Part shown: positions 13,040-22,743 of the stretch, piece by piece
How the letters are laid out: each line of letters opens with the position of its first letter
Numbering within the stretch: position 1 is the first letter of the stretch
The notes under the pieces: generated by a model
The model's input: the letters and a program-made list of their open reading frames with translations, nothing else
Told to the model about the DNA's origin: nothing
Database searches by the model: none
Position numbers and translations under genes: made by a program
Assembly: GCA_020056715.1 (NCBI GenBank)
Contig: JAGVHG010000140.1
Coordinates: 5,039-69,038, forward strand
Origin: Phycisphaerae bacterium
GTDB lineage: Bacteria; Planctomycetota; Phycisphaerae; UBA1845
Length of the DNA stretch: 64,000 nucleotides
Direction: 5' to 3'

Positions 13040-13417
13040 GTGTTCTGGGTGATAGCGGTCGCGTTGGTGGTGATCGCCACGGCCTTGGTTGTGCGGCGGG
13101 ATGGGGCGGCGTTCGACGCAACGGCTTTCGGGCAGCTACCGACGACGGCCGGGGCCAGGGGGGTCTTCGCCTTTTCCGGACAGCTTTCCAAGGGCACGTA
13201 CGGGGTCTACGTGGTGGACACCGACGCGATGACCATTTGGGTCTACGAATACCTGGCCCAGAAGGGTTGCATCCGACTAGCCGGGGCCAGGACCTGGCGG
13301 TATGATCGGTACTTGGAAAACCATAATGTTTGCGACCTCCCGCCCGATGTGGTGGAGAAAATGGTAGAGGAACAGCGGCAGTTTCGGTTACAGTCTATCG
13401 AGCAGAAGACGCCGTAG
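13040..13417 (+). CDS. Hypothetical exported or membrane-anchored protein
   Basis: N-terminal hydrophobic helix and a beta-rich body (YVVDT...IWVYEY...LAGARTWRYD). Confidence 0.7.
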   Translation: MFWVIAVALVVIATALVVRRDGAAFDATAFGQLPTTAGARGVFAFSGQLSKGTYGVYVVDTDAMTIWVYEYLAQKGCIRLAGARTWRYDRYLENHNVCDLPPDVVEKMVEEQRQFRLQSIEQKTP

Positions 13418-13458
13418 CGGTCCAACCAGACGCACGCAGAGGAGTCAATCGAAACCCC

Positions 13459-14421
13459 ATGGCCAAGATGTTTTATTCGGCGAAAGAGGCGTCCGAACGG
13501 CTAGGCCGGTCGGAAGACGAGCTAAAGGCTCTCGTCCGTGACGGGAAATTGCGCGAGTTCCGCGACGCCGGCTCGGTGAACTACAAAGTGTCCGACGTGG
13601 ACGGTTTGGCGTCGAAGGCTTCAGGCAAGAGCGATAAGCCCGTCAAGGCCTCGGTCGGCGGTTCGCAGAGCGGCGAGATCGTGCTCGAACCCGTCGAGGA
13701 CTCCAACGTCGCATTGGCGCCCTCCGCCAGCGACGTGGTGAGCCTGGAGGGTGTGGACGCGGAGGATACCGCAACCGGTGCGCGAATCACCAAGAAGTCC
13801 AAGGAAGGGTCGGCCGTCGCCTCGGTCGGAGTCAATGTGTTCGACGACGACGATCTTGACGAACACGTCGATCCGCTCGCCCAGACGGCGGTGACGGATG
13901 TGGCCGGGCTGGGCCTGGAAGGGATCGGGAGCGGATCGGGCATTCTCGATCTGACGCGGGAGAGCGACGATACCTCGCTAGGCGCGGAGCTTCTGGAAGA
14001 GATTTACACCGGTGAAGAGGGCGAGGCCGAGAGCGGTGGCGGCGCTGCGGCCGAGATGGGCGAAGCGACACGGGCGGGTCTTGACGAAGCCCTGCCTGCG
14101 GAGGGTGCGGAGGGCGCTGAGGGCGAAGAGCCGGTCGAGGTGGGCGCCAAGACCGCCGTGGCGGTAAAGCCGCGAGCCGTTGTTACTCAAGTCTTTGAAT
14201 ACGCCCCCGACGTAGTCTCCAGCGGTTTGACGGCGGCGCTGGTCGTTGCGGTGGCGGTGATGTGGTTCGGTGGGCTGGGCGCTGCGGCTTTGGTTCGCGG
14301 CATCACGCCGGCGATCCTTCGGTCGGTGTACGACAATCTGTTGATTTTCGCCGCCGGCTCGCTGTTGGCGTGCGGGATCGCTTTCGGGGCGACGTATTTT
14401 CTTGCCAAGCGATCCAAGTAA
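13459..14421 (+). CDS. N-terminal excisionase/MerR-like HTH, long acidic linker, two C-terminal TM helices
   Basis: Starts MAKMFYSAKEASERLGRSEDELKALVRDGKLREFRD; D/E/S/G-rich middle; hydrophobic C-terminus. Confidence 0.8.
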   Translation: MAKMFYSAKEASERLGRSEDELKALVRDGKLREFRDAGSVNYKVSDVDGLASKASGKSDKPVKASVGGSQSGEIVLEPVEDSNVALAPSASDVVSLEGVDAEDTATGARITKKSKEGSAVASVGVNVFDDDDLDEHVDPLAQTAVTDVAGLGLEGIGSGSGILDLTRESDDTSLGAELLEEIYTGEEGEAESGGGAAAEMGEATRAGLDEALPAEGAEGAEGEEPVEVGAKTAVAVKPRAVVTQVFEYAPDVVSSGLTAALVVAVAVMWFGGLGAAALVRGITPAILRSVYDNLLIFAAGSLLACGIAFGATYFLAKRSK

Positions 14422-14497
14422 AAGCGTTTAGAAAGCGATACAATCCGACCGGCGGATCGGTCGGTAGGGGATGGTTCACGAGCAAAGGAGGCCTGTG

Positions 14498-15394
14498 ATG
14501 CGCGGCGGCGGTTGGATGGTAGGTTTGGTCGGCGGTGTGTGGGTGACGACGTTGGGCGGATGTGTATCTCTGGACGATCACCTGAGGTTGAAAGCGGCTA
14601 ATCGGACGGTGACCGCGGAGAAAGAGTCAGTCAGCCAGGAACTCTTCGACGAGCGACACGTCAATGACATCCTTCGGACGAAGGTCGACTCGCTGGAGGG
14701 CGAATTGGCCAGCAAGAGCGAACTGTTGTCGAACCTGCGGGGCGAGAATGATCTACTCAACGAGTTGCGGTTGAACGCGAAGGGCACCCTGGAGGACATG
14801 GCCGGGCGGCAGAAGTTCGGTGACATTACCATGCCGATCCTCCCCGCGCCCCTGGACAGCGCGTTGAAGCGCTTTGCCGAGGAGCATCCCAGCGAGGTCG
14901 TGTACGATCCCGCGCGCGGCACGGTGAAGTGGAAGGGCGATCTACTCTTTCCCTTGGGCAGTGACGTGGTGAAGGATACGTCGCTTGACTCGCTTCGCGG
15001 TTTCGCCGACGTCCTCAAGTCGGCGGCGGCCTCGGACTTCGAGGTCATCATCGTCGGACACACCGACAACCGTCCGATTCAACGGCCGGGGACCAAAGAC
15101 AAGCACCCGACGAATTGGCATCTTTCCTCCCATCGCTCGATTGCGGTTGGGGCCGTTTTGCAAAAACACGGCTATCGACCAGAGCGGATCGGCGTGATGG
15201 GATGCAGCGAGTATCGCCCCGTAGCGGATAATTCGGGCGAAAACGGGCAAAGCCAAAACCGCCGGGTTGAGATTTATCTGGTACCCACGGGTTCGGTCGT
15301 CCAAGTGGCTGCCCCTTCGGCGACGCCGGCGAAGTCGGTCAAACAGCCGACTGCGGCCGAGAAAGCGACACCCACACGGCCGGCAACACCGTGA
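14498..15394 (+). CDS. OmpA/MotB-family peptidoglycan-binding lipoprotein with coiled coil
   Basis: AAGGAGG RBS, LGGC lipobox, and motifs LLFPLGS, VGHTDNRP, NWHLSSHRS and NRRVEI. Confidence 0.88.
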   Translation: MRGGGWMVGLVGGVWVTTLGGCVSLDDHLRLKAANRTVTAEKESVSQELFDERHVNDILRTKVDSLEGELASKSELLSNLRGENDLLNELRLNAKGTLEDMAGRQKFGDITMPILPAPLDSALKRFAEEHPSEVVYDPARGTVKWKGDLLFPLGSDVVKDTSLDSLRGFADVLKSAAASDFEVIIVGHTDNRPIQRPGTKDKHPTNWHLSSHRSIAVGAVLQKHGYRPERIGVMGCSEYRPVADNSGENGQSQNRRVEIYLVPTGSVVQVAAPSATPAKSVKQPTAAEKATPTRPATP

Positions 15395-15619
15395 AATAGT
15401 TTAGGTCCATTGGGGCGACGCGTCTTACGGCGCTTCGAGTCTGGGAATCGGGGACTGCGACAACGCGCGGTACCGTGCGGCCTTTTCGGCGTAGCCCTTG
15501 CCAGGCTCGGCGGCGTCCCGCGGCTGATTCGGTGCGGCGATCCATCGCGGCACCTGTCGGCTGAAGCGGCCCGGCCTAATCCCGTTGCGACCCAGTACCG
15601 AGCCGTCTATCCTCGTGGC

Positions 15620-15940
15620 ATGGATTCCCAGCTCGTAAAGATCAAGCGTCTGGTGGCGAGCGGGCGCTATGCCTTCACCATGAAGGCCGACCTGGAATGC
15701 GCTGCGGACGGATTGACCCGTGAGGACGTGACGGAGTCCATTTTGACCGCCCAGTTCCTGCGTATCAAAAACAGCCGTAGCCCGTGGCGGCGCAGCCGAC
15801 GAGAGAAGCTCTATATCATCGACAGTTTCAATTTCGAGGGTGTGCCGATATACTCTAAGGGCGTCGTGCGACGCAACGAAGAATATGAGACGGAGTTCTA
15901 CATCCTTATCTCGGGCAAGCGGTCCATCCGCTCCGATTGA
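15620..15940 (+). CDS. DUF4258-like putative toxin
   Basis: MDSQLVKIKRLVASGRYAFTMKA...DGLTREDVTESIL...IYSKG...FYILISGK; paired with a Zn-finger gene. Confidence 0.65.
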   Translation: MDSQLVKIKRLVASGRYAFTMKADLECAADGLTREDVTESILTAQFLRIKNSRSPWRRSRREKLYIIDSFNFEGVPIYSKGVVRRNEEYETEFYILISGKRSIRSD

Positions 15941-16142
15941 GCCTTCTTTCTCGACATGTCCGCTCTGCGGTTCGCGGGATATCGAGTTGGGCGTGGAGAC
16001 GATTTCGCTTCGCCGAAAGGCTGACGGCGCCATCCGACTTCGCGTGCGCCGCTGGGGATGTGGCGGCTGCGGGGAGAGCTTTCTGACAGCTAGTTCCCGA
16101 CGAAAGATTGATGTCGCACTGGGACTCGAGACGAGAGTCTGA
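15885..16142 (+). CDS. YgiT/MqsA-type zinc-finger antitoxin (start uncertain)
   Basis: CPLCGS...CGGCGESF pattern. Confidence 0.65.
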   Translation: MRRSSTSLSRASGPSAPIEPSFSTCPLCGSRDIELGVETISLRRKADGAIRLRVRRWGCGGCGESFLTASSRRKIDVALGLETRV

Positions 16143-16307
16143 TCGTACAATGCTCCTTCTCAATGGGCTATCTTCGTTACTTCGCACTTTTCTCGCCACT
16201 CGACCGCCTCTATCCGTTAATGGAGGGCGGCCACGGGTCGCTCCGCGGCGTATAATCGTTTATACCGGCCTTGGAGGCCGGCTGTGTCCCCGTTCGGCGA
16301 GTAGCGA

Positions 16308-18671
16308 ATGATTCAAACCAACCCGGCGCCGATGGCCCGAGCACATTATCGCCCGCGCGCCGGCCTTTTCGCCGCGGTGTCGAACCTGTTCAGCAGCGTC
16401 TGGCTCGGAGTCTTCTGGGCCGTGTTGCTGTTCATCTATTGCTCGATCGGCAGCGCCCTACCGGCCGTACGTCAGCTTCCGGCCTTGGAAATGACGGAGT
16501 TCGAGTGGTTCCACTGGTGGCCCTTCAACGTCCTGATGGTCCTGCTTTGCACGACGCTGATCGTCGTAACCGTACGGCGAATTCCGTTGCGGCTGGTGAA
16601 CGCCGGAGTGTGGATGATTCACACCGGCATCATCACCCTCTGCATCGGCAGCTTCTACTATTTCGGGACCAAGGTGGAGGGCGACGCCCCGGTCTTCCGC
16701 CGCCGGTTGAAGATCGAGATGCCCGGGCTGTCGAACCCCGAGACCTTGCTCGCCGTGGCGGGCAACCGAACCAGTGTTGCGGTGGGTTCGGATGTGTGGC
16801 GAATCGAGGTCCAGGATACGAACAGCGATTGGCCGATCCTCTCCGACGAGCACAAGGGTGAGAAAGCCTACGCGGTCAACGTCATGGTCACGCCGCCGAC
16901 CGGCGAACCGTTCATCCGCCAGTTGCTCGCCGGTTACCCGCAATACACCGAGGACGTCATCCCCGGCAAGGGACGAGCGGTGAAATCCGTCGGGCGGAAG
17001 CTGATGGACGAAAACCTGCAACTCTCGTTGGACTACGAGCCGCAGGAGTATTTCCACGTGATGGACACTTGGGCGCTTTTCGTCCGACGAGTCGGCGAGA
17101 CGGAGTGGGCTCAGCGCCCCATCGAGGGATTGCCCAGATATAACGACCGCATCGGCTCGCGCGACCAGGTGTTCACCGAGCCGCACGATCCGCTGCCGCT
17201 GCGTTCGATCGATCTGCCGGTTGCCCCGTCCCAGGCCGGAGACGCGCTCGGGCCGTTGCCGGTGCGAATTACGGGATTTCTACAATACGCGCAGATGGAT
17301 CATCGATGGCACGACGGCGGCAACCGCGTGAACCCGTTGTTGCAAGTTAGCCTCCTGTCGGAGGACGCACGGGCGCAGTCTTATGAAATGGTCGCTTTCG
17401 ATCCGGCGCACAGTCAGGCCGCCGACGGCAACGTGCAATTTGTGTGGTTGAGTGACTCCTCCAAGCTGGACACCTTGCCGACGGATTCACGCGCTTTGCT
17501 GCACATCGCCGTGCCTCAAGCCAACGTGTCTTTGGACGTACCCATTACGCCGCAACTGCTTCAAAGCCCGCCGACGCCGATCGAAGGGACGGAGTTCTCC
17601 TATCGCCTTTTAGACCTTCATGACAACCTGTCGCTTCCTGGGCGGGACAAGCCGGTGTCGATTGCGGTGGTGGAGGTGCAGACGCCGCAGGGCAGCTTCC
17701 GTCGCTGGGTGGCCGATCAGCCGGAGCATACTCGTGATCTGCACGGTGAGGGCAGCGACCCGCACGCCGTCGATGCCCGGGAGGCCGACGTACGGATTCA
17801 GATGACCTATCAACCAGGATCGCCGCCGTTGATCTTCGCCGGCCATCCCGGCGGTTTGCACTTTGTCTTCAACGGACCCAAAGGTCGGATGATCGAGCGA
17901 GACGTGAAACCGGGCGAGACGATCGAGATCATTCCGGGAGTGAGTGTGAAGGTTGACAGCTTTCTAACCCACGCCGTCGCCGAGGAAAAGCCGTACATCA
18001 TTCCACCGGCCTCTCGACAGCGGAACGCCGCGGAGTCGTTCGCCATGATCCGTCTCGAAGTCGAGTCGGGCCAGGGCGTGCAGAGCAAGTGGGTGCCGTT
18101 CAATCAGTATGTATTCCCCGACGCGCAGTATGCCTACGGCGGGCGCTTTACGTATACGCCGGAAAACTTCCGACTGGCGGACGGCAGCGCGGTCGAGGTG
18201 GTTTTCTCGCGTCAGCGTTTGAAGCTTCCCAACCCCATTGCCATGGAGGACTTCGAGCTGGACACGCACATCGGCGGCTATACGGGGAGCGTGTCAACGA
18301 TCATGAATTACGTGAGCCGGTTGCGGTTTCTGGACAACGGGAAATGGACTGATCCGCAGCCGATTGCCGTCAATCATCCGACCGAATACGGCGGATACTG
18401 GTATTTCCAGGCCTCGTGGGACCGGCCACCGCAAAGTGATCCGACCGCGGGCATGAATTATACGGGGCTGGGCATCGGCAACCGACACGGAGTGTACGTA
18501 CAGCTTGCCGGGTGTTGTATTTCCGTGGCGGGGATGATCTTCGCGTTTTACGTGAAGCCGGTCATTAAACGCCGCCGACATGAGCAGTCGCGGGCTAGAA
18601 TATCGCAAGGCCGCGGCGAAGTGCCCAATGATACGTCAGCGACCGCGGTTGCGGAGACAGTGCGGCTTTGA
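16308..18671 (+). CDS. resB: Cytochrome c biogenesis system II ResB/CcsB-like protein
   Basis: N-terminal TMs with GVWMIHTG, large periplasmic domain, VNHP..YGGYWYFQASW, C-terminal TM; adjacent to ccsA. Confidence 0.85.
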   Translation: MIQTNPAPMARAHYRPRAGLFAAVSNLFSSVWLGVFWAVLLFIYCSIGSALPAVRQLPALEMTEFEWFHWWPFNVLMVLLCTTLIVVTVRRIPLRLVNAGVWMIHTGIITLCIGSFYYFGTKVEGDAPVFRRRLKIEMPGLSNPETLLAVAGNRTSVAVGSDVWRIEVQDTNSDWPILSDEHKGEKAYAVNVMVTPPTGEPFIRQLLAGYPQYTEDVIPGKGRAVKSVGRKLMDENLQLSLDYEPQEYFHVMDTWALFVRRVGETEWAQRPIEGLPRYNDRIGSRDQVFTEPHDPLPLRSIDLPVAPSQAGDALGPLPVRITGFLQYAQMDHRWHDGGNRVNPLLQVSLLSEDARAQSYEMVAFDPAHSQAADGNVQFVWLSDSSKLDTLPTDSRALLHIAVPQANVSLDVPITPQLLQSPPTPIEGTEFSYRLLDLHDNLSLPGRDKPVSIAVVEVQTPQGSFRRWVADQPEHTRDLHGEGSDPHAVDAREADVRIQMTYQPGSPPLIFAGHPGGLHFVFNGPKGRMIERDVKPGETIEIIPGVSVKVDSFLTHAVAEEKPYIIPPASRQRNAAESFAMIRLEVESGQGVQSKWVPFNQYVFPDAQYAYGGRFTYTPENFRLADGSAVEVVFSRQRLKLPNPIAMEDFELDTHIGGYTGSVSTIMNYVSRLRFLDNGKWTDPQPIAVNHPTEYGGYWYFQASWDRPPQSDPTAGMNYTGLGIGNRHGVYVQLAGCCISVAGMIFAFYVKPVIKRRRHEQSRARISQGRGEVPNDTSATAVAETVRL

Positions 18672-18708
18672 GACTCACGGTGCACTGGCGGGATAGCAGG
18701 ATCAAGAT

Positions 18709-20694
18709 ATGACTTCTCGATTTCGAGTTCGGGCAATCGACGTGATGGTGGTGGCGGCGATGCTCGCCTACGGCGTGTATCGCGCGGGCGATCGTCCGCC
18801 GCGGACGGACGAGGGGCCTTCGCCGTTCGCGCAGCAAGTGCGGCTCGACCCGCTGTATAAGACCGCGGTTCAGGCCGACGGGCGGCTGCGCTCGTTTGAA
18901 TCCCACGCCAAGACGTACATGGGCATGGTCAGCGGCTCGCGATCGATCCGGGGACAGTCCAACGGTCTCACCTACCTCGATCTGATGTTCCGGCCGGAGA
19001 GCTACGCCGACACCGACTTGATCTTCGTCAAGAACAAGGAGGTCCGCGTCCAGATTTTGGATGCGTTGAAGGGACGCCCCGACATCGACCCGGTACGTCG
19101 CGACGTGATTTTCAAGAGCGGGCTTTTTCCGCGCAAGCTCATGACCCAGCCGGAGGTCGCGGCGCTCTTGCAGAAGCTGGGGAAGGATTTGATCCGCACG
19201 TCCAAGGTGGTTGATGCGATCAATCAGGCCCTTGGCGTTTCCGATCCACGGTTCTTACTCGAGAACCTTCGGTTGATTCCCCCGCCGAGTGGAGAGCTGA
19301 GCACTCCGTGGCGACCGATGTCCGACGTTACCGCGACACGCGCCGCACCACAAGACAGCGTTCACGGTGGGATGGCGATGCCGGCGGCGGGCATACCCGG
19401 ACTCGACAACGAATTGCAGAAGAATCTCTCCGCGGCATGGTCTGCGTTGCAGACAGCGTGGCGTGCGCAGGAGGCCTCCGCCGTAAATGACCAGATCGCT
19501 AAGCTGTCCTCGTTGCTCCCGACCGTCGTGCCGCAGCTCTACCCCGCCGAGGGCCGACTGGGGATGGAGAGTTGGTATTTCCGCTACCAGAGCATGACCT
19601 GGGTGTGGTTGATCTACCTGGCGAGCGTCATGCCGCTGCTGATGTCCATCATCTACAAGTGGGACCGGGCGCGGACCATTGGAATGGTGTTGTTCGTGAT
19701 CGCGTTTTCGGCGCACACGGCGTCGGTGGCGATCCGCTGGTACATCTCCGGTCGCTGGCCGAACTCGAACATGTTCGAGGCCGTCACCACCTCCGCGTGG
19801 TTCGGCGGCGTCATGGCCATGATTCTGGAACGCCTCACGCGTCGGACCCCGTTCCGCAATGTCTTTGCTCTGGGTTCGGCGGTGATTTCCATGGCGGCGT
19901 TGATGGCCGCGTATTATCTACCTGCCCAGCTCGACTCGGCAATCAACAACAAGATGGCCGCCCTCAACGACATCTGGCTCTATATCCATACGAACATGAT
20001 TATCTGGAGCTACGCGGTGATCGGGTTGGCGTGCGTACCAGCGCTACTGCTGTTGCGCGATCGCTGGTGCCTCGCGTGGGACCAAGGGGCGATCCCCAAA
20101 TTGCGGCTGCTGATCCTTCCCGTCGCCATTGGGATTCTGAACTACACGGCCTACCTCCTACTCATGCACCTGATCGACCACACGGGTTTTGGGCTCAGCG
20201 GCCGATCGCTCTTCGGTGTGACCGGCGCATTCTGGGGCGCGCTGATGATTGTGCTGCTCGAAGCGTTGAGCGCCCGGGGTCGGATGCTTTCCGGCGGCAC
20301 GGTCGAACGGTCCGCAACGGGCGGGGCGTCGTCGTTGATCCTCGGCGGGTCGTCCGGCTCGTCCTTCCTGCGCCAGGAAAAACCCACCGCCGGTCAGGTG
20401 TTCGACGGGGCGACGATGGTTTTGGTGGAGTTGTCCTTCATCATGCTGTGGACGGGTTTGGTGATGGGCGCCATTTGGGCAGACCATTCGTGGGGCAGGC
20501 CTTGGGGTTGGGATCCCAAGGAAGTCTTTGCCCTCAATACGTTCATCATTTTCCTGGTCCTCATTCATGTTCGCCTCAAAGTGCGGGACAAGGCCTTCTG
20601 GACGGCGATCCTCGCCGTCGTGGGCTTTGAGGTGATGATGTTCAACTGGATCGTGGTCAACTTCGTCATCAGCGGTCTGCACAGCTACGCCTAG
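18709..20694 (+). CDS. ccsA: Cytochrome c biogenesis protein CcsA/ResC
   Basis: WWD motif GAIWADHSWGRPWGWDPKE, plus RWPNSNMFE, WLYIH and GLHSYA. Confidence 0.93.
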   Translation: MTSRFRVRAIDVMVVAAMLAYGVYRAGDRPPRTDEGPSPFAQQVRLDPLYKTAVQADGRLRSFESHAKTYMGMVSGSRSIRGQSNGLTYLDLMFRPESYADTDLIFVKNKEVRVQILDALKGRPDIDPVRRDVIFKSGLFPRKLMTQPEVAALLQKLGKDLIRTSKVVDAINQALGVSDPRFLLENLRLIPPPSGELSTPWRPMSDVTATRAAPQDSVHGGMAMPAAGIPGLDNELQKNLSAAWSALQTAWRAQEASAVNDQIAKLSSLLPTVVPQLYPAEGRLGMESWYFRYQSMTWVWLIYLASVMPLLMSIIYKWDRARTIGMVLFVIAFSAHTASVAIRWYISGRWPNSNMFEAVTTSAWFGGVMAMILERLTRRTPFRNVFALGSAVISMAALMAAYYLPAQLDSAINNKMAALNDIWLYIHTNMIIWSYAVIGLACVPALLLLRDRWCLAWDQGAIPKLRLLILPVAIGILNYTAYLLLMHLIDHTGFGLSGRSLFGVTGAFWGALMIVLLEALSARGRMLSGGTVERSATGGASSLILGGSSGSSFLRQEKPTAGQVFDGATMVLVELSFIMLWTGLVMGAIWADHSWGRPWGWDPKEVFALNTFIIFLVLIHVRLKVRDKAFWTAILAVVGFEVMMFNWIVVNFVISGLHSYA

Positions 20695-20820
20695 TGATGC
20701 GTCGCAGGCAATCCTTGACGTGTGGCACAGCGGCCCTCCGCTGTGCCAATGCGCCCGGCCGAGGGCGGCTGGGCTACACCGACTCGCCGTATTAAGTGCG
20801 ATAGACCATTAGGATTTCGC

Positions 20821-21414
20821 GTGCCTTCACAGAGCCCACGTCTGATTCTCGCGTCGGCCAGCCCGCGGCGGGCGGAGTTGCTTCGCGAGTACGGTTACGA
20901 TTTCACGGTCATCGCATCACCGTTGGCCGAGCCAGTCGAGTTTCCTGACGACGTGTCACCGGTGGAGCGAGCGGAATCGTCCAGCTATTTTAAGGCGAAA
21001 AACGTGGCCACGCTTGCCGGCGACGGGTGGGTTTTGGCGGCGGACACGATCGCGGCGCTCGGCGGTCGCGTGTTCGGGAAACCCGCCGATCGGGACGACG
21101 CGCGGAGGATCCTTAGGTCGCTTTCGTGCACTACGCACCAGGTCATCACCGGCGTGACCTTGTTGGACGCATCGAGCGGCGCGAGGCTCATCCGTCACGA
21201 TTCGACGGACGTGATCATACGGCGACTGACCGATTCGGAAATCGAAGACTATCTCGACAGTGGAGCGTGGGAGGGGAAGGCGGGCGCTTATGGCATTCAG
21301 GACAAAGGCGACGCCTTCGTCGAACGCATCGACGGCAGCTTCACGAATGTTGTCGGATTGCCGATGGAACTTGTTGCACGGATGCTCGATGAGTTCGCCC
21401 GGAACGCACCCTAA
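20821..21414 (+). CDS. maf: Maf-family nucleoside triphosphate pyrophosphatase
   Basis: Motifs LILASASPRRAELL, AADT, GKP, KAGAYGIQ and NVVGLP. Confidence 0.93.
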   Translation: MPSQSPRLILASASPRRAELLREYGYDFTVIASPLAEPVEFPDDVSPVERAESSSYFKAKNVATLAGDGWVLAADTIAALGGRVFGKPADRDDARRILRSLSCTTHQVITGVTLLDASSGARLIRHDSTDVIIRRLTDSEIEDYLDSGAWEGKAGAYGIQDKGDAFVERIDGSFTNVVGLPMELVARMLDEFARNAP

Positions 21415-22743
21415 CTAACCGCGGAGAACCCAGCGCATCATTTCGCCGACCTTGGCGCCTTTCCCCTGCATGAGGATGCCGACGCGGAAAATGCGCCCGG
21501 CGGCGAAGACGCAGGCGACCGTCGTGAGGAGAACCAAGAGGATTCCCAGTAACGGCTGCCACGTTGGGATTCCCGGCGGAACGGCTTGGCGGATGGTCAT
21601 GAGCATCGGCGTCGCCGGCGGTATCAAGGACATCGCCAGGGCGAACGAGGAACTCGGCTCCTTGACCACATTGATCCAGACGAACATCGGGGACACCGCG
21701 ATCAGCATTACCGGCGTAACCAGGCTTTGCGCCTCCTTCATGTCGCTCACCGCGGCGCCCACGGCGATGAATAGCGAACCGTACATGAGCACTGCGAGTG
21801 ACTGGAAGATCACGAACCACCACACGATGTGTGCCGGGAAGAAGGACCCGAACCCGGCCTGATGGATCGCGTAGAAAGCCCCAACCAGATACACCGTGAC
21901 GATGGTCAGGGACACGCCCACCATCCCCACCAGCTTGCCCATCATCAACTGGAACGGAGGAACCGATCCGAGTAACACTTCGGCGATGCGCAGGGTCTTC
22001 TCCTCCAGCACACTTTGGACCAAGGGCGACGCCCCTACCATCACGACCATGAGCATGAGCATCATCAGGCCCATGGGCACGAAAATATTAGCGAGTTCGT
22101 TGGTCTTCTCAGCCTCGGTGATGTTGCCGGCCTCGTCGCGCGAGACCAAACCCAGGTTGGCGACCGGAACACGTTTCGTCGCCGCGGCGACGATTCCGGC
22201 GTCGAGGTTCGCCGCTTGCAGGCGCAGTTGCTGAACCCGCTCGTTGAGCGGCCCAGCAATCCAGTGCTGGATGTCATCATACGTAGGGCTGTTGGAATGG
22301 TAGTCGATGGAGGCGTTGGCGGGATCGGGGCCGGGCCTAATAACGTCCGCGCCGATAACGACGAAGGCCATGATCTCCTTGGAATCGGCCTTGCGAACCC
22401 GCTCAGAAAGAGCGAGCCTCGCTTTAGCCGCGTCGTCGCCGCGCGGGTCAACGCGCTCGACGAGGAACCGCGGCTTGACCTGCTTGCGATCCGCACCTTC
22501 ACCTTCAAAGATGTCCTTTTCGTTGCGAACTTGCGCGGCGGCCGCCACCGCGTCGTACAAATGGTCGGTGTAGTCAACGACGGCGATTCTCTTGTCCTTC
22601 GTGTCGACCTTATTGCGCATGGCCATCTGCACGACGATGCTTCCGCCCCAGAGGATGGGCATGGCTACCAAAGTCATGAGGAAGGCTTTGCTCTTAACGG
22701 CGGCCTGATACTCACGGACTGCAACGACGATCATCTTACGCAT
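21415..22743 (-). CDS. ABC-2 type permease (NatB/YhaP-like)
   Basis: Motifs VREY..AVKSKAF and VLEEKT.RIAEVLLGS; multiple TMs. Confidence 0.88.
   Translation of the reverse strand: MRKMIVVAVREYQAAVKSKAFLMTLVAMPILWGGSIVVQMAMRNKVDTKDKRIAVVDYTDHLYDAVAAAAQVRNEKDIFEGEGADRKQVKPRFLVERVDPRGDDAAKARLALSERVRKADSKEIMAFVVIGADVIRPGPDPANASIDYHSNSPTYDDIQHWIAGPLNERVQQLRLQAANLDAGIVAAATKRVPVANLGLVSRDEAGNITEAEKTNELANIFVPMGLMMLMLMVVMVGASPLVQSVLEEKTLRIAEVLLGSVPPFQLMMGKLVGMVGVSLTIVTVYLVGAFYAIHQAGFGSFFPAHIVWWFVIFQSLAVLMYGSLFIAVGAAVSDMKEAQSLVTPVMLIAVSPMFVWINVVKEPSSSFALAMSLIPPATPMLMTIRQAVPPGIPTWQPLLGILLVLLTTVACVFAAGRIFRVGILMQGKGAKVGEMMRWVLRG

Noticed and set aside
14498-15394. Flagellar stator motB call
   Set aside because: It has a lipobox rather than the MotB TM motif with the conserved Asp, and there is no adjacent motA.
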